Shown: positions 26,936-36,452 of the stretch, one piece after another
How the letters are laid out: each line of letters starts with the position of its first letter
Position numbering within the stretch: the first letter of the stretch is position 1
Assembly (NCBI GenBank): GCA_034440595.1
Contig: JAWXCH010000189.1
Location: forward strand, 1-53,919
DNA length: 53,919 nucleotides
From: Planctomycetota bacterium
Lineage (GTDB): Bacteria > Planctomycetota > Planctomycetia > Pirellulales > JALHPA01
Reading direction: 5' to 3'
The notes under the pieces: generated by a model
The model's database searches: none
The model's input: only the letters and a program-made list of their open reading frames with translations
Told to the model about the DNA's origin: nothing
Program-made: the position numbers and the translations under genes

Positions 26936-26997
26936 ATCATATTTTCGCCAGCTATCGTCATCGGTCCACCGATAATGGCAGCCCGACCGCAATGCTT

Positions 26998-28173
26998 CTA
27001 TGCACGGTTGCCTCCGTATGCTGCGGTGAACAGTTCGCCGTTTTTAAATCGCCTTAAGTTGAAACGATCCAGCGACACAGTACCGCCTTGTGCGCCAATT
27101 ATCTCGTCCGCCATAAGTTCGCCGACTGCGGGACCGATTTTGAACCCGTGGCCGCTAAAACCCGCGCAGATGTAAAGACCGTCGACACCATCAACTTTGC
27201 CGAGCACTGGGTGCCAATCGGGCGTTACATCGTACAGGCCAGTATACGAATTGACGGGCAGAGCATTTCCAATTGTCTTCCAGCGCTGGCGTAATCGAGT
27301 GGTCACCTCTTCAATGAATTTGACATCAACCCGCTCGCAGTAATGATCGGGGTCGACGGATTGGTAGTCCTTCGGATATCCACGACCTACAAGCATTTGA
27401 GTGCGCCCGTGGGGCCGATAATAGATAGCCAGCGCCATATCCGAAAAGCACAAAGTGGGCGGACCGTTCATGTCAGCAGTTTCGAAAATCACCTCTTCTT
27501 CACGAGTTACATTTAATGGCAAGTCAACGCCAGCAAACTGTGAAATCCGAGATGCCCATGGCCCGGCTGCATTTACAACTACGCCCGCAGAAATCTCGTC
27601 TCGGTCAGTTTGCACGCCACTAACGCGACTATTGCTGCCTAGTAATCCAGTCACCTGCGTGAGCGGACGAAATTCGCCCCCAAGCTGGATAAACCGGCTC
27701 ACGTAAGCGTGTGTCGTTTTAATCGGGTCGGCGTAACCGGACCGCGGTTCGTATGCTATTCTGGCGACGTCATTGATTGCAATGCGTGGTTCAATTTCGT
27801 TCAGTTGCTGGTGATCGATCTCACGAACGTCAACTCCTGCACGCTGCCCCAGCGCAATATTGCGGTCAAGGCCGTCTGACATCGCTGGCGGAACGAGGAA
27901 CGCCCAACCGGTGCATAAGAAGCCGCAATCGCCACCGATTTCCTCCGCAAAATTATGAAACACGTCGGTCGAACGCTTTACCATGTGAACTAGTTCATCG
28001 TTCGAATAGTGCTGACGAATAATGGCGGCCGACCGCCCCGTACCGCCCGCCGCAAGAAGATGTCTATCGATTAGGACCACTTTGTCCATCCCGCGTTTGA
28101 GCAAATTGAGCGCCGTAGCAGCGCCATTGATGCCGGCGCCGATCACAATCGCATCCGCAGTAAGTTGAGCCAT
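26998..28173 (-). CDS. FAD-dependent oxidoreductase (DAO family; sarcosine-oxidase-beta / D-amino-acid-dehydrogenase-like)
   Basis: MAQLTADAIVIGAGINGAATALNLLKRG...GGTGRSAAIIRQHY. The ATG at 28173 gives 391 aa. The ORF is open from 28329. Confidence 0.85.
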   Translation of the reverse strand: MAQLTADAIVIGAGINGAATALNLLKRGMDKVVLIDRHLLAAGGTGRSAAIIRQHYSNDELVHMVKRSTDVFHNFAEEIGGDCGFLCTGWAFLVPPAMSDGLDRNIALGQRAGVDVREIDHQQLNEIEPRIAINDVARIAYEPRSGYADPIKTTHAYVSRFIQLGGEFRPLTQVTGLLGSNSRVSGVQTDRDEISAGVVVNAAGPWASRISQFAGVDLPLNVTREEEVIFETADMNGPPTLCFSDMALAIYYRPHGRTQMLVGRGYPKDYQSVDPDHYCERVDVKFIEEVTTRLRQRWKTIGNALPVNSYTGLYDVTPDWHPVLGKVDGVDGLYICAGFSGHGFKIGPAVGELMADEIIGAQGGTVSLDRFNLRRFKNGELFTAAYGGNRA

Positions 28174-28236
28174 TATAAAAGTTCTCTTCCAAGTAAGTTG
28201 GGTCGGCGCTGTCTTGCAATTGTACGTAATCCTGGT

Positions 28237-28248
28237 ATTGTTAACAAT
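28237..28248. promoter_or_regulatory. Perfect 12-bp palindrome ATTGTTAACAAT, candidate GntR-type operator
   Basis: Located in the 132-nt divergent region between the FAD oxidoreductase gene and the propeller/GntR block. It fits the GntR-family half-site logic (..GT-n-AC..) with an AT-rich centre. Confidence 0.3.
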
Positions 28249-28305
28249 TATTTGCATTTGCTCCAAGCCGATTTTTCGGCATGGGTTATCGCCAATTTGC
28301 CGACG

Positions 28306-29772
28306 ATGCACCTTGCACAAGCACTTCAATGGGCTCTATGCAACCTTTTCATCTTCGCAATCGTCGCGGAGATGAGTCTGGATATTTGCACGTGTTCAGC
28401 GGGTGAGCCGAGCAGTCAGTCTAGGCACCTAATGCTTGACTCTCGCCTGGTTGAATCCGTTGAGGGTTTGCGGATAAGACTAGGTCGAATCGAGAAGGAT
28501 CCTCGCAATCCTCTGTTTGGTGCTGACCAACCTTGGGAAGTGCGAATGGACAATCTATACCCGACTGTGATCTTCGATTGGTCGGCTGGCCAGTACCATT
28601 GTTGGTACAGCCCCTTTATTGTCGATCCTGCAACAACAGGGACGCCACTGGGTAAACGAGAGGAGCGCAAGTACATCGATGTATTGAACCAAGCCAATCT
28701 CGATAAACGCGAGATGGCCCTGTGCTACGCGATCTCTGCGGATGGACTCCAATGGAAAAAGCCAACGTTAGGGATTTATGATTTTGCCGGATCAACGCAA
28801 AACAACATCGTATTGCGGCTGCCCACACCAGGTCCCCACGGCGCAGGAGTAGTTCGGGACGACCATGACGTTGTACTGGCACGGCGGTTTAAGGCGTTTT
28901 TCTCCTTTGACGGCGGTTTGCGGCTGGCCCGCGCGGTCGACGGTGTTCGCTGGGATCCGCCAACGGAATGCCAAGGAGTTCAGGCTGACGGCGATACGCA
29001 TAATTGCCTGTTCTGGGCGTCAAACTTGGACAAGTATGTCGGGTTCACACGCACATGGGATGACGTAAGGCAGGTGGCGCGCACAGAATCGATTGACCTA
29101 AAAACGTGGTCGCCGGCGGTAGTCGTACTTCAAGGAATGGACCCTGAACACCAAACTTACGCGCTACAGGCATTTCCGTATTCTGGGGTCTATCTCGGAT
29201 TACTGATGGTGCTCGATACTCGGAACGACACGGTACAGTGTGAACTAGCTTGGAGCCCTGATACGCAGCACTGGAATCGCATTTGTCCTGGGCACGCATT
29301 GATAGGCAACGGTCCCGAAGGCAGTTACGACGCCGGATGCGTATATGCATCGCCGCCGATCATTCAAGAGCGTCGCATTCAACTCTACTACGGCGGCAGC
29401 AATGGGCGGCATGGCGATTGGCGCGACAGTTTTCTGTGTCGAGCAGAATTGTCGTTAGACCGCTGGGCCGGTTATCAGGCGGAAACATCCGGTCCTCCGG
29501 GACGCCTCATCACCCGCGCCGTAGCGATCAGTGGCGACGAAATGCGAGTTACTGCCGATGCCGCCGATGGCTTAATAAGTATCTCAGTGATCGACAAAGG
29601 CGGCCACGTCCTATTGGAATCGGAACCAATTTGCGCCGACATCACTGATGGCAAAATAACCTGGAAGCAGCCAGCGGCGTTCGAGCGCCTCGTCGGTGGC
29701 ACTCTTAGATTGAGATTCGAACTTAATAAGGCCACGCTCTATTCATTTCATTTTCGGCGGGCCACGAAATAG
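28306..29772 (+). CDS. Beta-propeller + beta-sandwich glycosidase-like protein (paralogue B1)
   Basis: SRHLMLDSRLVESVEGLRIRLG...DQPWE...YPTVIFD...YHCWYSPF, SADGLQWKKP, AWSPDTQHWNRI, and C-terminal LRLRFELNKATLYSFHF. The start is uncertain (ATG 28306 or 28372) and the export signal is unclear. Confidence 0.75.
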   Translation: MHLAQALQWALCNLFIFAIVAEMSLDICTCSAGEPSSQSRHLMLDSRLVESVEGLRIRLGRIEKDPRNPLFGADQPWEVRMDNLYPTVIFDWSAGQYHCWYSPFIVDPATTGTPLGKREERKYIDVLNQANLDKREMALCYAISADGLQWKKPTLGIYDFAGSTQNNIVLRLPTPGPHGAGVVRDDHDVVLARRFKAFFSFDGGLRLARAVDGVRWDPPTECQGVQADGDTHNCLFWASNLDKYVGFTRTWDDVRQVARTESIDLKTWSPAVVVLQGMDPEHQTYALQAFPYSGVYLGLLMVLDTRNDTVQCELAWSPDTQHWNRICPGHALIGNGPEGSYDAGCVYASPPIIQERRIQLYYGGSNGRHGDWRDSFLCRAELSLDRWAGYQAETSGPPGRLITRAVAISGDEMRVTADAADGLISISVIDKGGHVLLESEPICADITDGKITWKQPAAFERLVGGTLRLRFELNKATLYSFHFRRATK

Positions 29773-29840
29773 CCGTTTCCAGCGCATTTTCGCGACGATT
29801 GACAACAATTGAGCAGTACACAAGAGCGAGTTTTAAGGAA

Positions 29841-30515
29841 ATGTCACGAGCAAAAACACAAACTGAATCTGTGTATGGCCGATTGACGGCAAAGCTAGAC
29901 CGTGGTGAGTTGCCGCCGGGGGAGCGAATCTCGGAAGCGAAAGTCGCGGCGATGTTCGGAGTCGGACGTGGCCCCGCCCGGGAATCGATGTTGCGCATGA
30001 TTTCCGAGGGTAGGCTGGCCAAAAAGGGCGCTTACGGTCGAACGTACGTTCGTTACATCGACGAACTGAATCGCGAAGATGTTGCTCGCCGCTATGAATT
30101 ACGCGAGGTCATCGAGGGACTCGCCGCACGCTTGGCGGCAGACAATATGACGGGTCGCGAGATTCGTGAGCTGCGGCGGCTCGACCGCCTTGTGCTCGAC
30201 GCCGTACTTAATGGCGATCGCGAGGCGCGACTCAACGCTTGTCTAGAATTTCATCGCTATCTCTTATCGCAATGCGGTAACAATCTGCTGCTGGCAGTGG
30301 CAGAGGGCTACTCCGTGCTTCCGATGTTGGCCCGCTCCCTCGAACTTGACGAAAAATTGATTCGCCGCATCATGCCGCGCGGTCGGCGATCCACTTGGCT
30401 TACGGTGGCTGTTCAGGCGATTGCCGCGCACAATCCGGCCGAAGCAGAGCTTCGGATGCGAAGCTGGCTCCGCACGCTCACGGCGGCGGTGCGGGAAGGA
30501 GCCGAATCGCGATGA
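29841..30515 (+). CDS. GntR-family transcriptional regulator (FadR/FCD-type C-domain)
   Basis: Winged-HTH YGRLTAKLDRGELPPGERISEAKVAAMFGVGRGPARESMLRMISEGRL followed by a helical FCD-like domain. The stop overlaps the hyuA start (ATGA at 30512-30515). Confidence 0.85.
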   Translation: MSRAKTQTESVYGRLTAKLDRGELPPGERISEAKVAAMFGVGRGPARESMLRMISEGRLAKKGAYGRTYVRYIDELNREDVARRYELREVIEGLAARLAADNMTGREIRELRRLDRLVLDAVLNGDREARLNACLEFHRYLLSQCGNNLLLAVAEGYSVLPMLARSLELDEKLIRRIMPRGRRSTWLTVAVQAIAAHNPAEAELRMRSWLRTLTAAVREGAESR

Positions 30516-32542
30516 CTTTACGGCTAGGCTGCGATACTGGGGGCACGTTTACCGATCTTGTCGCCTTCGACGAGGAGGCCGGGCGTTTTTCGTTCCACAA
30601 AGTCAGCAGCACTCCGGCCGATCCAGGACTGGCAATTGCACAAGGTTGGTGTGAACTTGTCGAAACCTGTCAAGCTACTCCGGCCGCCGTGCGTTTATTG
30701 GTTCACGGTACCACGATCGCCACTAATGCGGTGTTGCAACGCAAGGGCGCGAAAATCGGAGTGATTACCACGGCAGGATTTCGGGATGTACTTCACATTC
30801 AGCGGCAAGATCGGCCGAGGATGTATGATTTGCGTTCACGGCGAGCCAAGCCGCTTGTCCCCAGGCACTTACGTTTGGAGCTCAATGAGCGGATGCTTTT
30901 CGACGGCACGGTGCGCACTCCCGTCGATCATTCGCAACTTGCACATTTGATCGAGCAACTCCGAAACGAGCGGGTCGATGCGGTTGCCGTCTGCTTGTTA
31001 CATAGTTATGTGAATCCAGCGCACGAGCTCGAAATTGGCCAAGCGCTAGCGAAGGCCCTCCCTGCCGCTACGGTGAGTCTCTCCCACGAAATAGTCGGCG
31101 AGCAGGGTGAGTACGAGCGATTTAGCACTTGCGTGATGAATGCCTTTGTCCAGCCTGCAATGCAGAGCTACTTGGCTGGTTTGGATATTCGTCTCAACGA
31201 GGCCGGCTTTGCAAGTCCTCTGTTCGTGATGAAGAGCAATGGTGGTGTGATGTCGTCTTTAGCGGCAGGACGACAATCAGTAGAAACGATTCTTTCGGGT
31301 CCCTGCGGCGGTGTTGTGGCTGGCATAGCAATGGCCAAGCTCCATCACAATCAAAACCTCATCACAGCCGATATGGGCGGCACGAGCTTTGATGTCTCCG
31401 TCATTCACGATGGTCAAACTGGGTTCGCCCGCGAGAGCGAGATGGGCGGCCTCGCATTGGCTGTGCCTATGCTCGACATTCACACAGTCGGCGCCGGCGG
31501 AGGTAGTATTGCCTGGGTCGATTCGGGCGGTTCATTACGCGTCGGACCGCAGTCAGCTGGTGCGGCTCCGGGACCAGCATGCTATGGGCGCGGCGGCAGC
31601 GAGCCCACCGTTACCGACGCTAACCTAGTATTAGGTCGCTTGTCGCCCACGTCGCTGTTGGGCGGCGGAATGACTCTCGATCTGGAGGCTGCGCATCGGG
31701 CAATTCACGACCATGTTGCAATGCCACTCGGCATTTCCCTCATAACTGCCGCGGAAGGTATCACCCGAGTCGTGAATGCAACAATGACTGCCGCGATCCG
31801 TAGGCTTACGGTCGAACGGGGCTTTGACCCCAGCACTTTTGCGTTATGTCCGTTCGGTGGCGCTGGCCCCCTACATGGCGCTAAACTAGCTAGCGAAATA
31901 GGAATTGACGAATGCTTGGTGCCAATCGCTCCAGGAATTACATCTGCAATAGGTTTGTTGTTGACCAATCTGCGCCAGGACCGCGTCAGGACGCATGTCA
32001 CACTATTGCGAAACAACTCAATTGTCGAAATCAACACAATTCTTCAAGAATTAATAGCGGATGCGTCCGCTCGACTTGGCTTCGCCGGTAGTGGCCGCTC
32101 AATACGTCGAACTCTTGGCATGCGTTACTGTGGCCAGCGATATGAGCTATTCATGTCTCTCGCGGATGGTAAGTTGGATCGATTACAGATAGAGACGGAT
32201 TTCCATCATGAACATCAACGTATTTATGGCTACGCTCGTCAAGAACAGTCCGTGGAGGTTGCAACGATTTGGGTCAGCGTCGAAGTGGACCTGCAAGCTG
32301 TGGCGTTCCCGAAAATGGGCAAAGCTAAAACTGATTCAACTCCAATAGCATGCCGCAGCGTCTTTTATGACGCCGTCGCACATGAGACGCCAGTGTATTC
32401 ACGCGCCACACTCGGTGCTGGGACAGCATTGGTTGGCCCCGCAATAATTGAACAACTCGACGCCACCACGGTTGTCTGGCCCGGGCAGAACTTACGGGTC
32501 GATGATTACGGCCAAATTGTTATGGGACCAATTCCACACTGA
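30512..32542 (+). CDS. hyuA: Hydantoinase/oxoprolinase family, A (HyuA) subunit
   Basis: MTLRLGCDTGGTFTDLV start and ADMGGTSFDVS, both typical of HyuA / N-methylhydantoinase A / 5-oxoprolinase. Confidence 0.9.
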   Translation: MTLRLGCDTGGTFTDLVAFDEEAGRFSFHKVSSTPADPGLAIAQGWCELVETCQATPAAVRLLVHGTTIATNAVLQRKGAKIGVITTAGFRDVLHIQRQDRPRMYDLRSRRAKPLVPRHLRLELNERMLFDGTVRTPVDHSQLAHLIEQLRNERVDAVAVCLLHSYVNPAHELEIGQALAKALPAATVSLSHEIVGEQGEYERFSTCVMNAFVQPAMQSYLAGLDIRLNEAGFASPLFVMKSNGGVMSSLAAGRQSVETILSGPCGGVVAGIAMAKLHHNQNLITADMGGTSFDVSVIHDGQTGFARESEMGGLALAVPMLDIHTVGAGGGSIAWVDSGGSLRVGPQSAGAAPGPACYGRGGSEPTVTDANLVLGRLSPTSLLGGGMTLDLEAAHRAIHDHVAMPLGISLITAAEGITRVVNATMTAAIRRLTVERGFDPSTFALCPFGGAGPLHGAKLASEIGIDECLVPIAPGITSAIGLLLTNLRQDRVRTHVTLLRNNSIVEINTILQELIADASARLGFAGSGRSIRRTLGMRYCGQRYELFMSLADGKLDRLQIETDFHHEHQRIYGYARQEQSVEVATIWVSVEVDLQAVAFPKMGKAKTDSTPIACRSVFYDAVAHETPVYSRATLGAGTALVGPAIIEQLDATTVVWPGQNLRVDDYGQIVMGPIPH

Positions 32543-32557
32543 GTACGGAGACGCGTC

Positions 32558-33349
32558 ATGCGAATCTGCGTCATCAATCCATTTGCTGGCACTGAGACTT
32601 TCGGCGAAGACAACCTGCGAGCGATTGCGTCGGCAGACACTGAATTCCAGATCGTTAATATCGCCGACCGCTATCCGCTGAAAAACAATCAATGGCTGTA
32701 CTTTAAGCACAGTTGCACCGGCCCCACAATCGATCGCGCGATTGAGGCGGAACGCGAAGGCTTCGACGCCGTCTTCATCAGCTGCAATCTCGATATCGGC
32801 TTGTACGAGTGTCGCCAAATGCTCACGATTCCCGTGACCGCCACTTTGGAATCCGCAGCGCTGGTCGCGCACATGATGGCCAGAAGATTTTCGTTGCTTT
32901 CAGTGGACGATCAGAATGGACAAATCCAGAAGATGCTGCTTGAGCAATATCGGCTTGCCCAGGGTCTCGTATCGGTGCGAAGTTTCGACATTGACGCAAA
33001 CGATTTATACGTCGACCGCACGCCCCCCGAAAAGACGCGTCAACGGTTGCTGGCAACGGCGAAACAATGCGTCGAGCAGGACGGCGCTGAAGTGTTAATC
33101 GCCGGATGCACGCTGGCTGGTTCCGTGTTGTCAAAACTGGCGCGCGAAGAACGGGCAGCAATGCCCGCGCCCGTTATCGACGGGATGCTCCCCGGATTTA
33201 AGCTGGCAGAAATGATGGTCCGGCTGCAGCAGGCCGGGCTGCCGCCGGTAAGTCGCATCGGCGTTTTTGAATCGCCACCATTGTCAGACCTATCGCGCTT
33301 GCGACAACAGCAGGGCCAGCCGATGCCACCGTGGGCCGAGTCGAAATAA
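32558..33349 (+). CDS. Asp/Glu/hydantoin racemase-family protein
   Basis: MRICVINPF start and two conserved Cys contexts (VFISCNLD, LIAGCTLAG), as in hydantoin racemases. It sits between hyuA and hyuB. Confidence 0.8.
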   Translation: MRICVINPFAGTETFGEDNLRAIASADTEFQIVNIADRYPLKNNQWLYFKHSCTGPTIDRAIEAEREGFDAVFISCNLDIGLYECRQMLTIPVTATLESAALVAHMMARRFSLLSVDDQNGQIQKMLLEQYRLAQGLVSVRSFDIDANDLYVDRTPPEKTRQRLLATAKQCVEQDGAEVLIAGCTLAGSVLSKLAREERAAMPAPVIDGMLPGFKLAEMMVRLQQAGLPPVSRIGVFESPPLSDLSRLRQQQGQPMPPWAESK

Positions 33350-33368
33350 ATCCGCATTACCAGTTACT

Positions 33369-35072
33369 ATGAAGATCGTTGATACCATGCCCAAAGTGGC
33401 CATTGACCCAATTAAGCTGGAGATTATTCGCAATCGTTGGCAGGGTGTTGCCGACGAAATGTGTGCGACATTAGTCCGCGCTAGTTACTCGACCAACATT
33501 AAGGACCGGCGCGATTGTTCGGCAGCAATCGCCCTCCTTAATGGTGAGGTTCTGGCGCAGGCGGAAGTCGGCACACCGCTGCATTTGGGCATCATGCCGG
33601 CGGTTATCCGCTCCGTCCTTGCGGAGTTTCCGATCGACCAATTTCAGCCCGGCGATATGGTCATTACCAACCTACCGTATCCGGAAGGTCCTGGCCATTT
33701 GCCCGACTTATCGATGGTTTCAGTGATTTTTGACGCAAGCGAAGAACCGTTCGCGATCGCTGCCACCACTGCCCACCATGTCGATATGGGCGGGTATGCA
33801 CCGGGCAGCATGCCGCTGGGCGTCACCGAGATTTACCAAGAGGGACTTCAGATTCCGCCCATTCGCGTGGTTCAGCGCGGACAAATGAACGAACCGCTTT
33901 TAAGGCTGATCAATCAGAATGTCCGCACGAAGATAGAGGTGCGTGGCGATCTAATGGCCCAGGTTGCTGCCGCGAAAATTGGAGAAGCGCGGGTAGCCGA
34001 TTTGTTAACGCGCACTAGTCGCGAAGAACTGCTCCGATATATGCTCGCCGTGCTGGATTATGCGGAGCGACGTATGCGAGTAGGCATCCGTACTTTGCCC
34101 GAGGGAGACTACTACTTTGAGGATTTTCTCGACGACGATGGCATTAGCGATGAGTCGGTACGAATTGCTGTTACTTTGCGCGTACGAGGCGACCAACTTA
34201 TCGCCGATTTCGCCGGCACTGCCCCGCAAGTGCTCGGTCCGCTTAATGCCAGGCTGAGCGCCGCCCGCGCTTGCGTTTATTACGTAGCCAAGGCAGTGAT
34301 TGATCCAGACCTGCCCACCTGCGCCGGTGCATACCGGCCCATTGAAGTACATGCTCCGGAGGGCACGATCCTTAATGCTCGTTACCCCGCTGCCATCGGC
34401 AACGCTAACATCATTACCGACCAGCGCGTCGTCGATGTCCTTATGGGTGCATTCTACCAGGCAGTGCCGGACAAAATATGCGCTGCGTGCAGCGGTGAAA
34501 TGAATTTGCTGAATATCGGAGGTATCAGTCCGACCACGGGTGAATACTACAATTACGTAGAAACCTATGCCGGCGGCCAAGGCGCGAGCATTGACCTGGA
34601 CGGAGCCGACGGTGTCCATACGCATTTAACAAATACCCGCAACGCGCCCGTCGAAGTGATCGAACGGAATTATCCTCTCGAGGTTGTTCGTTACGGCCTA
34701 ATTCCAGATTCGGAAGGCCCCGGAAAATTCCGTGGCGGCTGCGGCATGTTGCGTGAAGTGCGGTGCTTGGCAGAGCGAACGACCCTCAGCATAGGCGCCG
34801 ATCGACGTAAAATTACTCCCTGGGGTATCGACACCGAGCATCGTGCCCGAGGTTCTCATTGTTTTGTGGAGGCGGCTGACGGATCGGTGCGGGAGTTGCC
34901 TACTAAGGTCGTAACGGTGTTGAAGTGTGGCGAGACGTTGCTCACAGAAACGCCGGGAGGGGGCGGCTGGGGAAATCCTTTGGAAAGAGACCGAGAGGCT
35001 ATCGCGGACGATGTTGCTGAAGGACTGATCAGTCCAGAACGAGCGGCGGCGATTTATGGATTGCAATGTTGA
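33369..35072 (+). CDS. hyuB: Hydantoinase B/oxoprolinase (HyuB) subunit
   Basis: DPIKLEIIRNRWQGVADEM, PDLSMV and GGGGWGNPLERD are typical HyuB strings. The start is ATG 33369, and the ORF is open from 33267. Confidence 0.9.
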   Translation: MKIVDTMPKVAIDPIKLEIIRNRWQGVADEMCATLVRASYSTNIKDRRDCSAAIALLNGEVLAQAEVGTPLHLGIMPAVIRSVLAEFPIDQFQPGDMVITNLPYPEGPGHLPDLSMVSVIFDASEEPFAIAATTAHHVDMGGYAPGSMPLGVTEIYQEGLQIPPIRVVQRGQMNEPLLRLINQNVRTKIEVRGDLMAQVAAAKIGEARVADLLTRTSREELLRYMLAVLDYAERRMRVGIRTLPEGDYYFEDFLDDDGISDESVRIAVTLRVRGDQLIADFAGTAPQVLGPLNARLSAARACVYYVAKAVIDPDLPTCAGAYRPIEVHAPEGTILNARYPAAIGNANIITDQRVVDVLMGAFYQAVPDKICAACSGEMNLLNIGGISPTTGEYYNYVETYAGGQGASIDLDGADGVHTHLTNTRNAPVEVIERNYPLEVVRYGLIPDSEGPGKFRGGCGMLREVRCLAERTTLSIGADRRKITPWGIDTEHRARGSHCFVEAADGSVRELPTKVVTVLKCGETLLTETPGGGGWGNPLERDREAIADDVAEGLISPERAAAIYGLQC

Positions 35073-35155
35073 CAATTTGCTGTACCTACCTAATTGTAGC
35101 GGCGCGGATGACGTGACAACGAGCGGCGAGCAGCACTTTTAAAGAACGGTCACGC

Positions 35156-36400
35156 ATGTCAAACGAAGTATTTAACGACGAATTGCTCCGCGAAATCCGA
35201 TCGCGATTTTGCCATGTAGACTCGGATCCAGCCGCTGGCAGGCGTGTTCATTTTGAAAGCGCTGGGGGATCGCTTAAACTTCGAGCTGCCGTTCAACAAG
35301 CCGCCGAGATTGCAGCGCGACCGGACAATGCGGGTCGCGACAACGCTGCCTCGCGAGATCTGGATGCGATCATCTCGACGGGCCGACGCGACGTAGCGCT
35401 TTTTTCAGGTGCCCTCGGGGGACAAATTGTCAGCGGCGAAAGCACGACGGCCAACATCTTCCGATTGGTCGAGGCCGCACTCGCGGGTGAATCTGGAAGC
35501 AATGTCGTAACGACGCAACTTGAGCATCCTTGTGTCACCAGTGCAACAAAACTATACGCAGCACAATATGGACTGCAGAGGAGAGTCGTTCCCATTACGG
35601 CGCAAACCGGTGAAATCTCTCCCATAGCAATTGCAGGCCAAGTCGACGATCGAACTGCCGCACTGGTCTGCATCCACGCGTCGAATGTGATTGGTACGCG
35701 TATTAACATCGGCGCCGTCGCCGAGCAGGTACGCAGACGAAATCCCCGGACTCTGATTGTCATCGATGGATCGCAGCATGCTCCGCATGGGTTGATCGAT
35801 GTGGAATCGCTTGGAATCGATGCGTATTGCTTTGCGCCATATAAAGTATTCTCCATTCTCGGGACGTGCTTTGCTTGGCTGAGCCAACGGCTAGCGACGC
35901 GCGAGCATCCGCGATTGTTGGATACTCCAGTAACCCAGTGGGAGCTCGGCACTCGCGACCCGGCGGCGTTCGGGGCTTGGTCGGCGGTGGTTGACTATCT
36001 TGTTTGGCTAAGCGCACAATTGCACTCCGCCGACGCAGGCCGTCGCGAACACGTAATCCGGGCGATGTCTGCGATCGATCAGCACGAACGTGCTTTGGGG
36101 CAACAACTATTGGCCGGATTCGCTCGCATTCCCAGATTGCGCCTCATTGGCGTCCCAAACGCAGACGAGCGACGAGAGGCTGTCTTCGCATTTGCGATCG
36201 ATGGCTTAGAAGCCGCCGCGGTGAACGTTGCATTAGCGGATCGAGGCATTTTTGTTCATGTCCGGCGGCACGATGCATATAGCGGCCAGTTGCTTGATGC
36301 ACTTCACGCGCCGGATTGCGTTCGCGCCTCGTTCGCACACTATAACTCTCCCGACGAGGTCGACTCGCTATTAGAAGCATTGATGGAGATCGCGTATTAA
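35156..36400 (+). CDS. Class V aminotransferase-fold (SufS/CsdA-like) PLP enzyme lacking the desulfurase cysteine
   Basis: HASNVIGTRINI, DGSQHAPHGLIDVESLGIDAYCFAPYKVF (PLP Lys) and the tail GIFVHVRRHDAYSG...CVRASFAHYNSPDEVDSLL. From memory, E. coli SufS has GHHCAMP where this ORF has RRHDAYS. Confidence 0.8.
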   Translation: MSNEVFNDELLREIRSRFCHVDSDPAAGRRVHFESAGGSLKLRAAVQQAAEIAARPDNAGRDNAASRDLDAIISTGRRDVALFSGALGGQIVSGESTTANIFRLVEAALAGESGSNVVTTQLEHPCVTSATKLYAAQYGLQRRVVPITAQTGEISPIAIAGQVDDRTAALVCIHASNVIGTRINIGAVAEQVRRRNPRTLIVIDGSQHAPHGLIDVESLGIDAYCFAPYKVFSILGTCFAWLSQRLATREHPRLLDTPVTQWELGTRDPAAFGAWSAVVDYLVWLSAQLHSADAGRREHVIRAMSAIDQHERALGQQLLAGFARIPRLRLIGVPNADERREAVFAFAIDGLEAAAVNVALADRGIFVHVRRHDAYSGQLLDALHAPDCVRASFAHYNSPDEVDSLLEALMEIAY

Positions 36401-36452
36401 TTACGATGTTGGATATGGGTTGGGGCGAGGGGATAAATTAGAGGGCTGTAAC

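Noticed and set aside
26584-27175. ORFs 26584-26916 and 26891-27175 as intact genes
   Set aside because: The first is a chimera of a transposase fragment and an out-of-frame MFS-tail copy. The second is the frameshifted MFS-tail copy running into the antisense of the FAD oxidoreductase gene.
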